A DNA stretch of 64,000 nt from Dehalococcoidia bacterium (GCA_965218945.1 OZ244718.1:865139-929138); one strand, 5' to 3'. Shown: positions 41,652 through 51,200, numbered from the stretch's first letter. The notes: a model not told the origin generated them from the letters alone. Made by a program: numbers and translations.

Positions 41652-42614
41652 CTAGTCGAACCTTATGCGCGGGTCCAGCCAGGCGTACGAGATGTCCACC
41701 AGGATGTTGATTAGGATAATCCACATGGCGAAGAAGGTGACCACGGACTGCACTATGTTGTAGTCCCGGCTGTTCATCCCCGCCACCAGGTACTGGCCCA
41801 GCCCGGGCATCTGGAAGATGGTCTCCATTATCACAGAACCGCCGATGATAGCCGCTACGGAGAACCCGATTATTGTGACCACGGGCAGCATGGCGTTTCT
41901 CAACGCGTGGCGGTACGTCACAGCGGCGCCGCTCAACCCCTTGGCGTGGGCCGTCCTTATGTAGTCCTGTCGCAGCACCTCCAGCATGGAGGAGCGCAGC
42001 ATCCTGGCCTTTATCGCCGTGGAGCTGTATCCCACGATGACTGCGGGCCAGAACATCAGGCTCAGGTTGCCAAAGGGGTCATCGAAGATGCTCTTGTACT
42101 CCAGACGCGGGCTCCAGTCGAAGACGTACAGCCCCACCACCAGAAGCATGGTGGCTATCCAGAAGTTGGGTATGGAGAGGCCTCCAAGGGAAAACACCCT
42201 GCCAACGTAGTCGCTCCACGTGTCCTGTTTCAGCGCCATCAGTATCCCTACCGGGAACGCGATTGCGGTGGACAAGACCAAGCTTAGAATCCCCAACTCC
42301 ACTGTCACCGGGAGCTTTTGCTTGACATCCTCCCAGACGTTCCCTCCGTGGAAGTAGGACGTGCCCCAGTCGAAAGTCAGCATATCTCTCACCCAGACCA
42401 GGTACTGTATATGCAGGGGTCTGTGCAGCCCCAGGTTCTCCCGGATCCGCTCCAGCGCCTCCTCGTCGATGTCCTCGATGCCCTCGTCTCCCTGGGTGTA
42501 CACCATCATCGCAACGTCCCCGGGCGCTATCCGGAGGATGACGAAAATCAGAAGCGAAACCAGGAACGCGCTTAGCAGCCCCTGCAATAGTCGTTGTGCG
42601 ATGTATCTGTGCAT
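41652..42614 (-). CDS. ABC transporter permease, DppB/OppB type (solitary)
   Basis: MHRYIAQRLLQ..RIAPGD N-terminus and an EAA-loop region (YIRTAHAKGLS..V..HALRNA). ATG with GAAGGA RBS chosen over the upstream GTG. Confidence 0.85.
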   Translation of the reverse strand: MHRYIAQRLLQGLLSAFLVSLLIFVILRIAPGDVAMMVYTQGDEGIEDIDEEALERIRENLGLHRPLHIQYLVWVRDMLTFDWGTSYFHGGNVWEDVKQKLPVTVELGILSLVLSTAIAFPVGILMALKQDTWSDYVGRVFSLGGLSIPNFWIATMLLVVGLYVFDWSPRLEYKSIFDDPFGNLSLMFWPAVIVGYSSTAIKARMLRSSMLEVLRQDYIRTAHAKGLSGAAVTYRHALRNAMLPVVTIIGFSVAAIIGGSVIMETIFQMPGLGQYLVAGMNSRDYNIVQSVVTFFAMWIILINILVDISYAWLDPRIRFD

Positions 42615-42727
42615 AGCGTCCTTCTCTTGGATGTTGGACACTAGTTTACACTAGCCGGACGGGGTTTGCCAGATGGTCCCACTCCTCCCTTGGTGGCTTC
42701 CTGGTGGAGCGTATGTCTGGCGTCAGC

Positions 42728-42778
42728 CGCGTCTTCGCATAGACGCGAGTAGGGGGCGATTCGCGAATCGCCCCCTAC
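42728..42778. repeat. Two adjacent hairpins: cgcgtct-N6-agacgcg and the 30-bp perfect palindrome gtagggggcgattcgcgaatcgccccctac
   Basis: Read directly from the sequence. They lie between the leuA stop and the permease gene. The palindrome belongs to the family split by the IS at 58.4-60.1 kb. Confidence 0.6.
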
Positions 42779-42820
42779 GGTGGCTTGCTACAATCGGGCA
42801 GGGGAGAGCCTGCGCCCCCG

Positions 42821-44365
42821 CTATCTGATGGCTGCTATTGACTCCGGGACGCCCTCTATCGCCATGAGCTTGTTCAGGGCGTTGACGTAGGCCTTGGCGC
42901 TGGCGACTATGATGTCGGTGGAGGATCCCCGGCCGGTGTAGATCTTGTCGTCCCGCGCTATCCTGATGGTCACCTCTCCAAGGGCGTCCGTGCCCTCCGT
43001 GATTGAGCCAATGGAGAACTCCTGGAGGGTGTTGGGAACCTGGAGTATCCGGTTGATTGCGACGCAGACCGCGTCCACGGGGCCTGTGCCCGTGCCGGCG
43101 TCGGTGAGGACGCGGCCGTCCGGGTCGATGATGCGGACAGTGGCCGTGGCGATGTCGTGGTCGCCGCAGGAGACCTGGACGTGGTCCAGCCTGCAGATCT
43201 CAACCTCAGACCGTCGATGGTCGCTCATCAGCGCCTCCAGATCGCGGTCGTTGACCTCGCGCTTCTTGTCGGCCAGGTCCTTGAACTCCTGGAACACCGA
43301 ATTCAGGTCCTCCTGTGTGAGGTGGTACCCCAGCTCCTCCAGCCTCGCCCGGAGGCCGGCCCGGCCGCTCAGCTTGCCCAGCACCAGGGTGTTGCTGGGA
43401 ATGCCGACGGATCGGGGGTCCATAATCTCGAAGGTGGTGCGCTCCTTGAGGACGCCGTCCTGGTGAATGCCGGAGGCGTGGCGGAAGGCGTTCTGGCCGA
43501 CAATGGCCTTGTTGGCCTGCACCGCGAAGCCCGTGATGTCGCTAACCAGCCGGCTCGTGCGGTACAGCTGTGTCGTGTCGATGCCTATGTCAGCCCCGAA
43601 ATAGTCCTTCCGAGTCGACAGGCTCATGATGACCTCTTCAAGGGATGCGTTGCCGGCCCGCTCTCCTATGCCGTTGATGCAGCCCTCAACCTGCCGGGCG
43701 CCGACTTTGACGGCGGCGAGGCTGTTGGACACCGAAAGGCCCAGGTCGTTGTGGCAGTGGACCGAGAGCACCGCCTTGCCGATGTTTGGCACGTTGCTCT
43801 GGATGTCCACGAGCAGCCTGGCGAACTCCTCAGGTATGGCGTAGCCCACGGTGTCGGGTATGTTGACCGTCGTGGCGCCGGCTGTGATTGCGGCCTCCAG
43901 CAGCTGGTACAGGTACTCCGGCTGGGTGCGGGTTGCGTCCATCGGGGAGAACTCCACGTCGTCGCAGTACCTCTTGGCCCTCTCCACCGCGGCCACTGCC
44001 ATCTCCATGACCTCCTCCCGGTTCTTCCGGAGCTGGTGGAGGATCTGGATGTCTGAACTTGACAGGAATACGTGTATGCGAGGGTGTGCGGCGTCTTTGA
44101 GCGCCTCCGCCGCGCTGTCCACGTCCTCTGTGACGCATCTGGACAGGGAGCAGATGGTTGGCGTCCTGACCTCTCTTGCGATGGCCTGGACGGCCTGGAA
44201 GTCGCCGGGGGAGCTTGCTGCGAAACCCGCCTCAATTACGTCGACGCGCAGGCGCTCCAACTGCTTGGCAATTTCGACCTTCTCCTCGAGGGTCATGGCT
44301 GCTCCGGCGGCCTGCTCGCCGTCTCGCAGCGTTGTATCGAAGATTATCACCTTGTCTTCGGGCAT
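42821..44365 (-). CDS. leuA: 2-isopropylmalate synthase (citramalate synthase not excluded)
   Basis: [19 protein letters not shown] and a C-terminal LeuA-dimer regulatory domain. Located in the ilv-leu context. Confidence 0.88.
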   Translation of the reverse strand: MPEDKVIIFDTTLRDGEQAAGAAMTLEEKVEIAKQLERLRVDVIEAGFAASSPGDFQAVQAIAREVRTPTICSLSRCVTEDVDSAAEALKDAAHPRIHVFLSSSDIQILHQLRKNREEVMEMAVAAVERAKRYCDDVEFSPMDATRTQPEYLYQLLEAAITAGATTVNIPDTVGYAIPEEFARLLVDIQSNVPNIGKAVLSVHCHNDLGLSVSNSLAAVKVGARQVEGCINGIGERAGNASLEEVIMSLSTRKDYFGADIGIDTTQLYRTSRLVSDITGFAVQANKAIVGQNAFRHASGIHQDGVLKERTTFEIMDPRSVGIPSNTLVLGKLSGRAGLRARLEELGYHLTQEDLNSVFQEFKDLADKKREVNDRDLEALMSDHRRSEVEICRLDHVQVSCGDHDIATATVRIIDPDGRVLTDAGTGTGPVDAVCVAINRILQVPNTLQEFSIGSITEGTDALGEVTIRIARDDKIYTGRGSSTDIIVASAKAYVNALNKLMAIEGVPESIAAIR

Positions 44366-44614
44366 TTGGGGTCACTCCTTTGTCTCTTCCCAGTGTGCTG
44401 GGGAACTCTGCTTGAGGATTGTGCGTGAGACTATCCCTGCTAAGGACGCGCGCGTCTTTACAGGGTAGGGACGCGCCAAAGTATCTGGGAGAAACTAAAG
44501 GACAACGCAGTCCGCCGAGACGACCATTGCCATAAGCCGTCCCTTCTGGCGAACTACGTGTGGTACCTCCGATGTAACCTTATTCGTAAACATAGCCGAC
44601 GCTATTCTAGCAGA

Positions 44615-45610
44615 CTAAGTCTCCTTAAGGAAACCCATCATATCCCGAAGGGTGCTGCCCACTCGCTCTATGGGGTGCTCCTTGTCCTGCTGGCGCAGGA
44701 CGTTGAACCGGGGGCGACCCTCGTCGTTCTCGGCGATCCACTCGCGGGCAAAGGAGCCGTTCTGGATGTCCTCCAGTATAAGCTTCATGTTCTGCTTCAC
44801 GTGGTCGTCTATGACACGCGGGCCCCGGCTGTAGTCGCCGTACTCCGCCGTGTCGCTGACGGAGTAGCGCATGTAGCCCAGGCCGCCCTGGTAAATGAGG
44901 TCAACGATGAGCTTCAGCTCGTGGAGGCACTCAAAGTATGCGGACTCAGGCTGATACCCGGCCTCCACCAAAGTCTCGAAGCCGGCCTTGATCAGAGCCG
45001 CGACTCCTCCGCAGAGAATGGTCTGTTCGCCGAAGAGGTCGGTCTCAGTCTCCTCTTTGAAGGTGGTGTCAAGCACTCCCGCCCGAGTGCAGCCGACCCC
45101 CTTGGCGTAGGCCAAGGCGTTTTCCCTCGCCTTGCCGGTTGCGTCCTGGTGTATGGCCAGCAGGCCAGGCACGCCTGAGCCGCGGGTGAATATCTCACGC
45201 ATACGGTGGCCGGGCGCCTTGGGCGCCACCATGGAAACGTCCACCTGCGGGGTGGGGATTATCTGCTGGTAGTGGATGTTGAAGCCGTGAGCGAACATGA
45301 GGGTCTTGCCCTCCTGAAGGTGCTGCTGGATGGACTCTCGATATATCCTGGACTGGAGGTGGTCCGGCGCCAGCATCATAATCATGTCCGCCTGCTGAGC
45401 TACTTCGGACACGGTGGCGACTCGGAGGCCGGCCTCCTCGGCCTTGGGCCAGCTGGAGCTGCCCTCGTACAGCCCAACCACGACATCGACGCCGCTGTCC
45501 TTGAGGCTCAGGGCGTGGGCGTGGCCCTGGCTCCCGTACCCGACGACCCCAACGATCTTGCCCTCAAGCAGAGAAAGGTCTGCATCATTTTCGTAGTAAA
45601 TATTGGCCAT
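44615..45610 (-). CDS. ilvC: Ketol-acid reductoisomerase
   Basis: [17 protein letters not shown] and the class I KARI length. Confidence 0.97.
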   Translation of the reverse strand: MANIYYENDADLSLLEGKIVGVVGYGSQGHAHALSLKDSGVDVVVGLYEGSSSWPKAEEAGLRVATVSEVAQQADMIMMLAPDHLQSRIYRESIQQHLQEGKTLMFAHGFNIHYQQIIPTPQVDVSMVAPKAPGHRMREIFTRGSGVPGLLAIHQDATGKARENALAYAKGVGCTRAGVLDTTFKEETETDLFGEQTILCGGVAALIKAGFETLVEAGYQPESAYFECLHELKLIVDLIYQGGLGYMRYSVSDTAEYGDYSRGPRVIDDHVKQNMKLILEDIQNGSFAREWIAENDEGRPRFNVLRQQDKEHPIERVGSTLRDMMGFLKET

Positions 45611-45632
45611 AGCCTATTGCCTCCTTATTACA

Positions 45633-46565
45633 TTACACTAGCCGATCATATTGAAGAGACACGGATTCAGTACCTTCAGACATCTCTGTCTGCCCATATT
45701 TGTGCTGAGGTTTTTCGAACAATGCGCGAGTCGTGGGGGTGTAGTTGGTTACAATAACTTCCCGGTTCAATACGCGTTCCTTTCCCCCTTTGGTGGTAAC
45801 CATACCGGAGGCTGATTGAATTGGAATAATGACATGGTCCTTGAAAAGTTCGCGTATTTCAGGAATATCGTAAGATGAGAGGAGCCATTTCCCACGGCAC
45901 TTTCGAAGGCGTTCTGCTAAGGTATAGTGGTCATCCCAAGAGCGCATGTTATGGGCATAATTTGCACCATTCCCTGGATACGGGGGGTCCAAGTAAAATA
46001 CAGTCCTGTCGCTGTCATACCGGTTGATGCACTCACTCCAGTCCAGATTTTCAATTATAACTGTGCTAAGGCGCTTGTGAACAGGTTCAAGCCGCGTGTG
46101 TAGGGTCTTCAAAGCACCTGCTAGCCTGTTGCCATGACCACCGTCACTTATACTGGTCTGGAACCTCGGATAATTGAGCTCTCCCCCCCATCCTGCCATA
46201 ATAATGTAGTAAAATCTGTGTGCGCGTTGGATCGGAGACAGACTTTCTGGGTTCGTCTGGGCTAGCCGTGTAAACTCAGCACGGGAGACTAGCTCCCATT
46301 TGAAGGACTCTATGAGTTCCTCGGGATTATCCCGAACAACTCTAAAAAAGTTGATTAGCTCTTGGTCAATGTCGTTTAAGACTTCAACGTCGCTTGGAGG
46401 TTTTCCAAATAAAACCCAAGCTGCCCCCGCAAAGGGTTCAACGTAGCAAGTATGAGGAGGTAGGAGCGGGATTATGTGCCGCCGCAGTCTAGATTTGCCC
46501 CCAACCCACTTGAAAGGACTGTTGACCATTCTAGCTTCTTTGGTGCGGGGTCGCCGTTGCTCCAT
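45633..46565 (-). CDS. Dam-like (D12 class) N6-adenine DNA methyltransferase
   Basis: FKWVGGKSRL, EPFAGAAWV and DPPYPG motifs. Start at the ATG preceded by GGAGGA. Confidence 0.9.
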   Translation of the reverse strand: MEQRRPRTKEARMVNSPFKWVGGKSRLRRHIIPLLPPHTCYVEPFAGAAWVLFGKPPSDVEVLNDIDQELINFFRVVRDNPEELIESFKWELVSRAEFTRLAQTNPESLSPIQRAHRFYYIIMAGWGGELNYPRFQTSISDGGHGNRLAGALKTLHTRLEPVHKRLSTVIIENLDWSECINRYDSDRTVFYLDPPYPGNGANYAHNMRSWDDHYTLAERLRKCRGKWLLSSYDIPEIRELFKDHVIIPIQSASGMVTTKGGKERVLNREVIVTNYTPTTRALFEKPQHKYGQTEMSEGTESVSLQYDRLV

Positions 46566-46594
46566 GTATCCTCCTCTTGGAATAAGAAGACGTT

Positions 46595-46613
46595 TTGTCT
46601 CTATTGGAGACAA
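46595..46613. promoter_or_regulatory. C-box-like operator palindrome TTGTCTC-N5-GAGACAA
   Basis: Perfect 7-bp arms, 10 nt upstream of the controller-protein ATG, between divergent M and C-R genes. Confidence 0.45.
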
Positions 46614-46622
46614 TAATAGTAT

Positions 46623-46883
46623 ATGAGCACTAGTATGTCAAGGGGTTATCAAGAGAATCTAGGGGTAAGTAGATTCGGAGAGAAGCTCAAATCCCTCAGA
46701 ACCCAGAGTGGCATGACTCTGCAAGAAGTGGCTATAGCACTCGGCCACTCCGCTCACGGCTACATAAGTGAGCTAGAGGCGGGCAAAAAACAGCCAACCA
46801 TTGTACTGGTTCTCAGAGTAGCCAGGTTGTTTGACGTGACGACTGACGAGCTTCTACGGGATGATCTTGAGTTGAGGAAATAA
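46623..46883 (+). CDS. XRE-family HTH protein, probable R-M controller (C) protein
   Basis: 86 aa with HTH_3 core LRTQSGMTLQEVAIALGHSAHGYISELEAGKKQP. Position directly upstream of the putative endonuclease and divergent from the MTase. Confidence 0.65.
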   Translation: MSTSMSRGYQENLGVSRFGEKLKSLRTQSGMTLQEVAIALGHSAHGYISELEAGKKQPTIVLVLRVARLFDVTTDELLRDDLELRK

Positions 46884-46886
46884 GTA

Positions 46887-47708
46887 GTGACAAGGGGCAA
46901 TAACACTATTGAAAGGCCATTCGCTCACCGCGATCCCACAGAAGGCGAACTGGAACTGTTTCGGTTGCTATTGAACACGTTTCAAGACGGGTCGGGTCAG
47001 CTTACAGTGAATTCAGGAACCCTTCCAGGATGGCGCGACTTTGAGAGAACAATAGCGGAGATTACAGGAGGAATTGCTCCTGAGAACAAAGGTATATTCG
47101 ACGTCCTGGTCCCTGACGCTAATCCGCCGGCTCAATATGTTGGGCTTTCCGGCAAGATGCGAAAGGAATTGAGCAGGATAGACAGGGATGGGAGAGTGAC
47201 GATCGAGCTCTCCAACTCAGCACGGAAAATGTGGGAGGCCTTGGGTGATTATGAGATAACGGCGTTAGATTACAAGGGGCGAGCAATAGAGGTCGGTACT
47301 ATCCTAGTGAACCTAGTTGAGAAGTGGCATAGTGCTGCCTCTACCTACAAGGGACATGCTGTGGATATTGCGAGAAGCAGTTACTTGGCGCTCATGTGGC
47401 ATCAGGGCACAGTGAGATACCAGTTGTTCAAGTTTCCGCTTGTGCTCCCAGATCCATCCGAGCTTAACTGGTATTTCACTACCTCAGGTAAGGGACACTT
47501 GAACGGAGATGACTCCTCAGGCGGACGCGTGTTCGAGTGGTACGGCGAATCCGGGGGACAACTCAAATACTACCCTCTCAGCACAGGCGCGGCCTGGAAA
47601 TCACCAGTGTTTGACCTCGAGCAGGTTCCAGTCGAGGCCAACAAACCTCTGACGGAGAAAGCACAGGCTTATTATCCCGAACTATGGAGGGCGGCCGTCT
47701 CGTCTTAG
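46887..47708 (+). CDS. Putative type II restriction endonuclease (family not recognised)
   Basis: Assignment rests on gene context only (C gene 3 nt upstream, Dam-like MTase adjacent, AT-richer cassette). GTG start with GAGGAAA RBS. Possible PD-(D/E)xK-like FDVLV..IELSNSARK, weak. Confidence 0.45.
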   Translation: MTRGNNTIERPFAHRDPTEGELELFRLLLNTFQDGSGQLTVNSGTLPGWRDFERTIAEITGGIAPENKGIFDVLVPDANPPAQYVGLSGKMRKELSRIDRDGRVTIELSNSARKMWEALGDYEITALDYKGRAIEVGTILVNLVEKWHSAASTYKGHAVDIARSSYLALMWHQGTVRYQLFKFPLVLPDPSELNWYFTTSGKGHLNGDDSSGGRVFEWYGESGGQLKYYPLSTGAAWKSPVFDLEQVPVEANKPLTEKAQAYYPELWRAAVSS

Positions 47709-47713
47709 CTCTC

Positions 47714-48274
47714 TTAATCTCTGCCGTTGGACCTGCCGTTGCTGCGAGCAGGCCGGTTGCCATTTTCCATAGCCAGGGACTTGGTCATGCCGCGCATGAG
47801 GCCAACGCGACCCGTTCGCATGACCTCTCGTATGCCGAATGGCTTCAGTATTCGTATCAGCGAGTCAACCTTGTCCTCGTCTCCCGTCACCTCCAGGATC
47901 ACGGAGTCCGGCGATACGTCCACCACGCTTGAGCGGAATATCTCCGCCAGCTGTAGTATCTCCGGGCGGGTGGAGGCGGTGGTGCGCACCTTTATCAGCG
48001 CCAGTTCCCGTACCACCACGTCCTCCTGGGATATGTCCGACACCTTGACCACGTCTATCAGCTTGTAGAGCTGCTTGGTTACCTGGTCAACGGTAGCCTC
48101 GTCCCCGTCCACAACGAAGGTCATACGGGAGAAGCCGTTGGTCTCGCTGTGACCCACGGCGAGGCTGGTTATGTTGAACCCGCGCCGTCGGAACATACTC
48201 GCGACCCGGTTGAGGACGCCGGGTTTGTCCTGCACCAGCGCTACAATGGTGTGCTGTACCGTGTCTGTTGTCAT
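47714..48274 (-). CDS. ilvN: Acetolactate synthase small (regulatory) subunit
   Basis: ACT-domain N-terminus HTIVALVQDKPGVLNRVASMFRRRGFNI. Confidence 0.93.
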   Translation of the reverse strand: MTTDTVQHTIVALVQDKPGVLNRVASMFRRRGFNITSLAVGHSETNGFSRMTFVVDGDEATVDQVTKQLYKLIDVVKVSDISQEDVVVRELALIKVRTTASTRPEILQLAEIFRSSVVDVSPDSVILEVTGDEDKVDSLIRILKPFGIREVMRTGRVGLMRGMTKSLAMENGNRPARSNGRSNGRD

Positions 48275-49962
48275 CTCATCTCCCTTGCGAATGGCTCCTC
48301 CATCAGCTCTGCTACGGTCTCTCCGGGAGGAATCATCGGGTATACGTTCTCCTCATCCTCTACAATGAAGTCCACCAAGACGGGTCCGGGATGGGCCATC
48401 GCCGCTCGTATGGCCTCGATGGACTCCTCTCGACGGTTCACACGTATGCCGAGCATCCCGAAGGCCTCCGCCAGCTTCACGAAGTCCGGGTTTCCGGTGT
48501 AGTGGGTGGAGAAGTAGTCCTTCTGATAGAATATCTCCTGCCACTGACGCACCATGCCCAGATAGCCGTTGTTGAATATGGCGAACTTAACCGGAATGTT
48601 GTTCTCCACAATGGTAGCCAGCTCGCACATGGTCATCTGGAATCCGCCGTCTCCGCATATCGACCAGACCACCCTGTCGGGCTGGCCCACCTGGGCGCCC
48701 ATAGCCGCCGGCACCTCGAACCCCATCGATCCAAGCCCGCCGGACGTGATGAAGGAGTTGGCCTCCGTGCAGGCGTAGTGCTGCGCCGCCCACATCTGGT
48801 GCTGCCCCACGCCGGTCACCACAATGGCGCTCCCCTCAGTGGCCTCGCGCAGGTCGCGGACAACGTACTGGGGGAGCAGCTTGTCCGTCTCCCGGATGCG
48901 CAGTGAGGGATGTTCCTGCTTGAGCTCATCGATGCGCTTGAGCCATTCGGGGTGAGTGGCCGGCTGAACGATCTGGTTCATCTGTCGCAGCACTCTCGCC
49001 AGGTCTCCCACAATGGGCACGTCGGCGTGGACGTTTTTGTCGATCTCCGCCGGGTCTATGTCCACGTGAATCACCTTGGCGTTGGGAGCGAAGGCGCTGA
49101 TCTTGCCAGTAATCCGGTCGTCGAACCGCATACCCAGGCCGATAACCAGGTCCGCTTCGTCGATTGCCAGGCTGGCGTAGGCGACGCCGTGCATCCCGGG
49201 CATACCCACAAAGAGCATGTGGTCGTCAGGGAAGGAACTCCGTCCCAGCAGGGTGGTGATGACCGGAATCTGGGCCTTCTCGGCCAGCTCCCTCAGCTCG
49301 TCGTAGCCCCGGGAGATGATGACGCCGTGGCCCGCCAGAATCACGGGCCTCTTGGCCTCGGCGATGAGCTGCGCAGCCCTCTTGACCTGGGCGGGATGGC
49401 CGTCCATAACGGGCTTGTAACCCGGCAGGTCGACGCTATCCGGGTAGTGGAACTCCGCCGTTTCCGTGAAAACGTCCTTGGGGATGTCCACCAGGACCGG
49501 GCCGGGCCTGCCGGTGTTGGCGATGTAGAAGGCCTCCTTGATAGCCTCGGCAATCTCGCTTGCATTCATCACCAGGTAGTTGTGCTTGGTGACGGGCAGG
49601 GTAATGCCGGTCACGTCCGTCTCCTGGAAGGCGTCCTTGCCGATGGCCGCCCTGGACACCTGGCCGGTGATGGCCACCATTGGCACCGAGTCCATCTGGG
49701 CCGTCGTTATTCCGGTGACCAGGTTGGTCGCCCCCGGTCCGGAGGTTGCCATGCACACGCCCACCTTGCCGGTCACCCGGGCGTAGCCATCGGCCGCCAT
49801 AGATGCGCCCTCTTCGTGGCGCGTCAGGATGTGCCTGATCTGGGGGTAGTAGAACATCGTCTGGTACAGAGGAAGGATCGCTCCTCCCGGTATACCGAAC
49901 ACGACTTCCACGCCCTCCTTGATGAGGCTCTCGCAGACTATCTGTCCTCCCGTTAGTTTCAT
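48271..49962 (-). CDS. ilvB: Acetolactate synthase large subunit
   Basis: ThDP motif GGLGSMGFEVPAAMGA..GDGGFQM and the N-terminus GGQIVCESLIKEGVEVVFGIPGGA. Confidence 0.97.
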   Translation of the reverse strand: MKLTGGQIVCESLIKEGVEVVFGIPGGAILPLYQTMFYYPQIRHILTRHEEGASMAADGYARVTGKVGVCMATSGPGATNLVTGITTAQMDSVPMVAITGQVSRAAIGKDAFQETDVTGITLPVTKHNYLVMNASEIAEAIKEAFYIANTGRPGPVLVDIPKDVFTETAEFHYPDSVDLPGYKPVMDGHPAQVKRAAQLIAEAKRPVILAGHGVIISRGYDELRELAEKAQIPVITTLLGRSSFPDDHMLFVGMPGMHGVAYASLAIDEADLVIGLGMRFDDRITGKISAFAPNAKVIHVDIDPAEIDKNVHADVPIVGDLARVLRQMNQIVQPATHPEWLKRIDELKQEHPSLRIRETDKLLPQYVVRDLREATEGSAIVVTGVGQHQMWAAQHYACTEANSFITSGGLGSMGFEVPAAMGAQVGQPDRVVWSICGDGGFQMTMCELATIVENNIPVKFAIFNNGYLGMVRQWQEIFYQKDYFSTHYTGNPDFVKLAEAFGMLGIRVNRREESIEAIRAAMAHPGPVLVDFIVEDEENVYPMIPPGETVAELMEEPFAREMR

Positions 49963-49974
49963 GTCAGTTCACCT

Positions 49975-50295
49975 CCGTCCGGCGCTTTTGAATCAAAAAA
50001 TAAATCCCGCCCCAAAGGGACGGGAGCAATTCCCGCGGTACCACCCTTTTTCCCCGGCTAGCCGGGACGCTCTGGCAGGGCGCCAACACGCCCTCGTCCT
50101 TGATAACGGGAGACGACCCCGGTCAGTTCTACTTGCCCCGACTGGCGGGACTTTCTTCTGGCGGCTCGGGAGCTACCTTCGGGGGGTCGTTCCACGTCTG
50201 CTTCCACCGTACCAGACTCGCTGGATGGATGTGTCCCCCTTACTCCTCTCCGTCCTGGCCTTTGCCCCCTCTAACGCACATAGCTTTAGAGTTAA
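49975..50295 (-). promoter_or_regulatory. T-box riboswitch leader of the ilvBN operon
   Basis: The minus strand reads AAAAAGGGTGGTACCGCGGGAA (T-box core at 50034..50046), followed by a terminator hairpin and a U-run. The candidate specifier context GAA-CUG-A (50123..50129) is tentative. Confidence 0.75.
49995..50026 (-). terminator. Intrinsic terminator of the T-box leader
   Basis: The minus strand reads TCCCGTCCC-TTT-GGGGCGGGA followed by TTTATTTTTT. Confidence 0.7.
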
Positions 50296-50299
50296 GTTC

Positions 50300-50328
50300 A
50301 CGCTATCACAATCATGTGTGTGTGTCAA
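50300..50328 (-). promoter_or_regulatory. Candidate promoter of the T-box leader (TTGACA, 17-bp spacer, TAGCGT on the minus strand)
   Basis: Read directly from the sequence. Confidence 0.35.
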
Positions 50329-50590
50329 CAGCAGGGAGCGGATTCAAGTGGTAGCAGAGACAACCGACAAAGGGTAGTTCGCGAACCGCCCTTACAGGGA
50401 TGGCTTGCCGTTGCCATGCCAGTGCGGACGGGCATCCAGGAGGTGTGGAGGTGGTCGCTCGTGCGTTCGAGGTTGATTCTGTCATAGTCGTCGTGATAAC
50501 ATCTCGCGCCGTGGAACAGTGGCAACTGGTGATGGGACTCCTGGCATGGCTCCCGCTAAACCCAACAACCAGGCTCTGAGGTGGAAAAGC

Positions 50591-50944
50591 TTGACTCCCA
50601 AGCAGTCAATACAAACGGTGCTAGCGAACTACGCCAACTTCAAAGGACGGGCGCGCCGGTCGGAATACTGGTGGTTCTTTCTGTTTGTCAATGTAACGTT
50701 GGTCGTCCTGAACTTCGTTGCCGCACTTATCACAGATGTCTTGATAGTTTTCTTTGTGGTATTTGGGCTGACTTTGCTCTTGCCCTCGCTGGCAGTGACT
50801 GCCCGGCGCTTGCACGACACCAACCGTTCCGGTCGGTGGATGCTGTTGGTTTTTGTCCCTGTCGTTGGCTGGATAGTGATGCTCGTGCTGTTCGCCCTTT
50901 CCGGCGCCAGCGGCCCAAACCGCTATGGGCCTGAGCCGCTCTAG
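50591..50944 (+). CDS. DUF805 family membrane protein
   Basis: FKGRARRSEYWWF, RRLHDTNRSG.W and GPNRYGPEP. TTG start chosen by alignment with the paralogue's start and an upstream GAGGTGG. Confidence 0.8.
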   Translation: MTPKQSIQTVLANYANFKGRARRSEYWWFFLFVNVTLVVLNFVAALITDVLIVFFVVFGLTLLLPSLAVTARRLHDTNRSGRWMLLVFVPVVGWIVMLVLFALSGASGPNRYGPEPL

Positions 50945-51200
50945 AGTATTCACGATTAGCCCAGCTGTTAGCGTTACTGGTTCAGGGCCACTCCCGACGT
51001 CTCTGCTCACCACGCGTGGGGTACGGAGCGCCGTCGTCATGCCCGTGCAGCCGGGCTGGATGTGGTTGCCCGTGGGTTCGAGGTTGAATCTGCAATAGTC
51101 GTCGTGATACCATCTCTAGTAGTGGAGCAGTGGCAACAGGTGATGGGACTCTTGGCATGGCTCCCGCCAAATCAAGAAACAGGCACTGAGGGGGAATAGT

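Noticed and set aside
44366-44614. Possible second T-box or leader between ilvC and leuA (minus strand GGAGGTACCACACG, plus strand 44556..44569)
   Set aside because: It only partly matches the GGGTGGTACCGCG core. It lies about 200 nt upstream of the leuA ATG rather than next to a terminator, and no convincing terminator, antiterminator or Stem I could be drawn by eye. An Infernal scan would settle it.
50450-51110. tRNA-like T-arm strings (gttcgaggttga) upstream of the DUF805 genes
   Set aside because: They do not match GGTTCGAATCC and no cloverleaf context is present. They are part of the duplicated flank. I recognised no tRNA or rRNA anywhere in the window by eye; tRNAscan-SE or Infernal should confirm.
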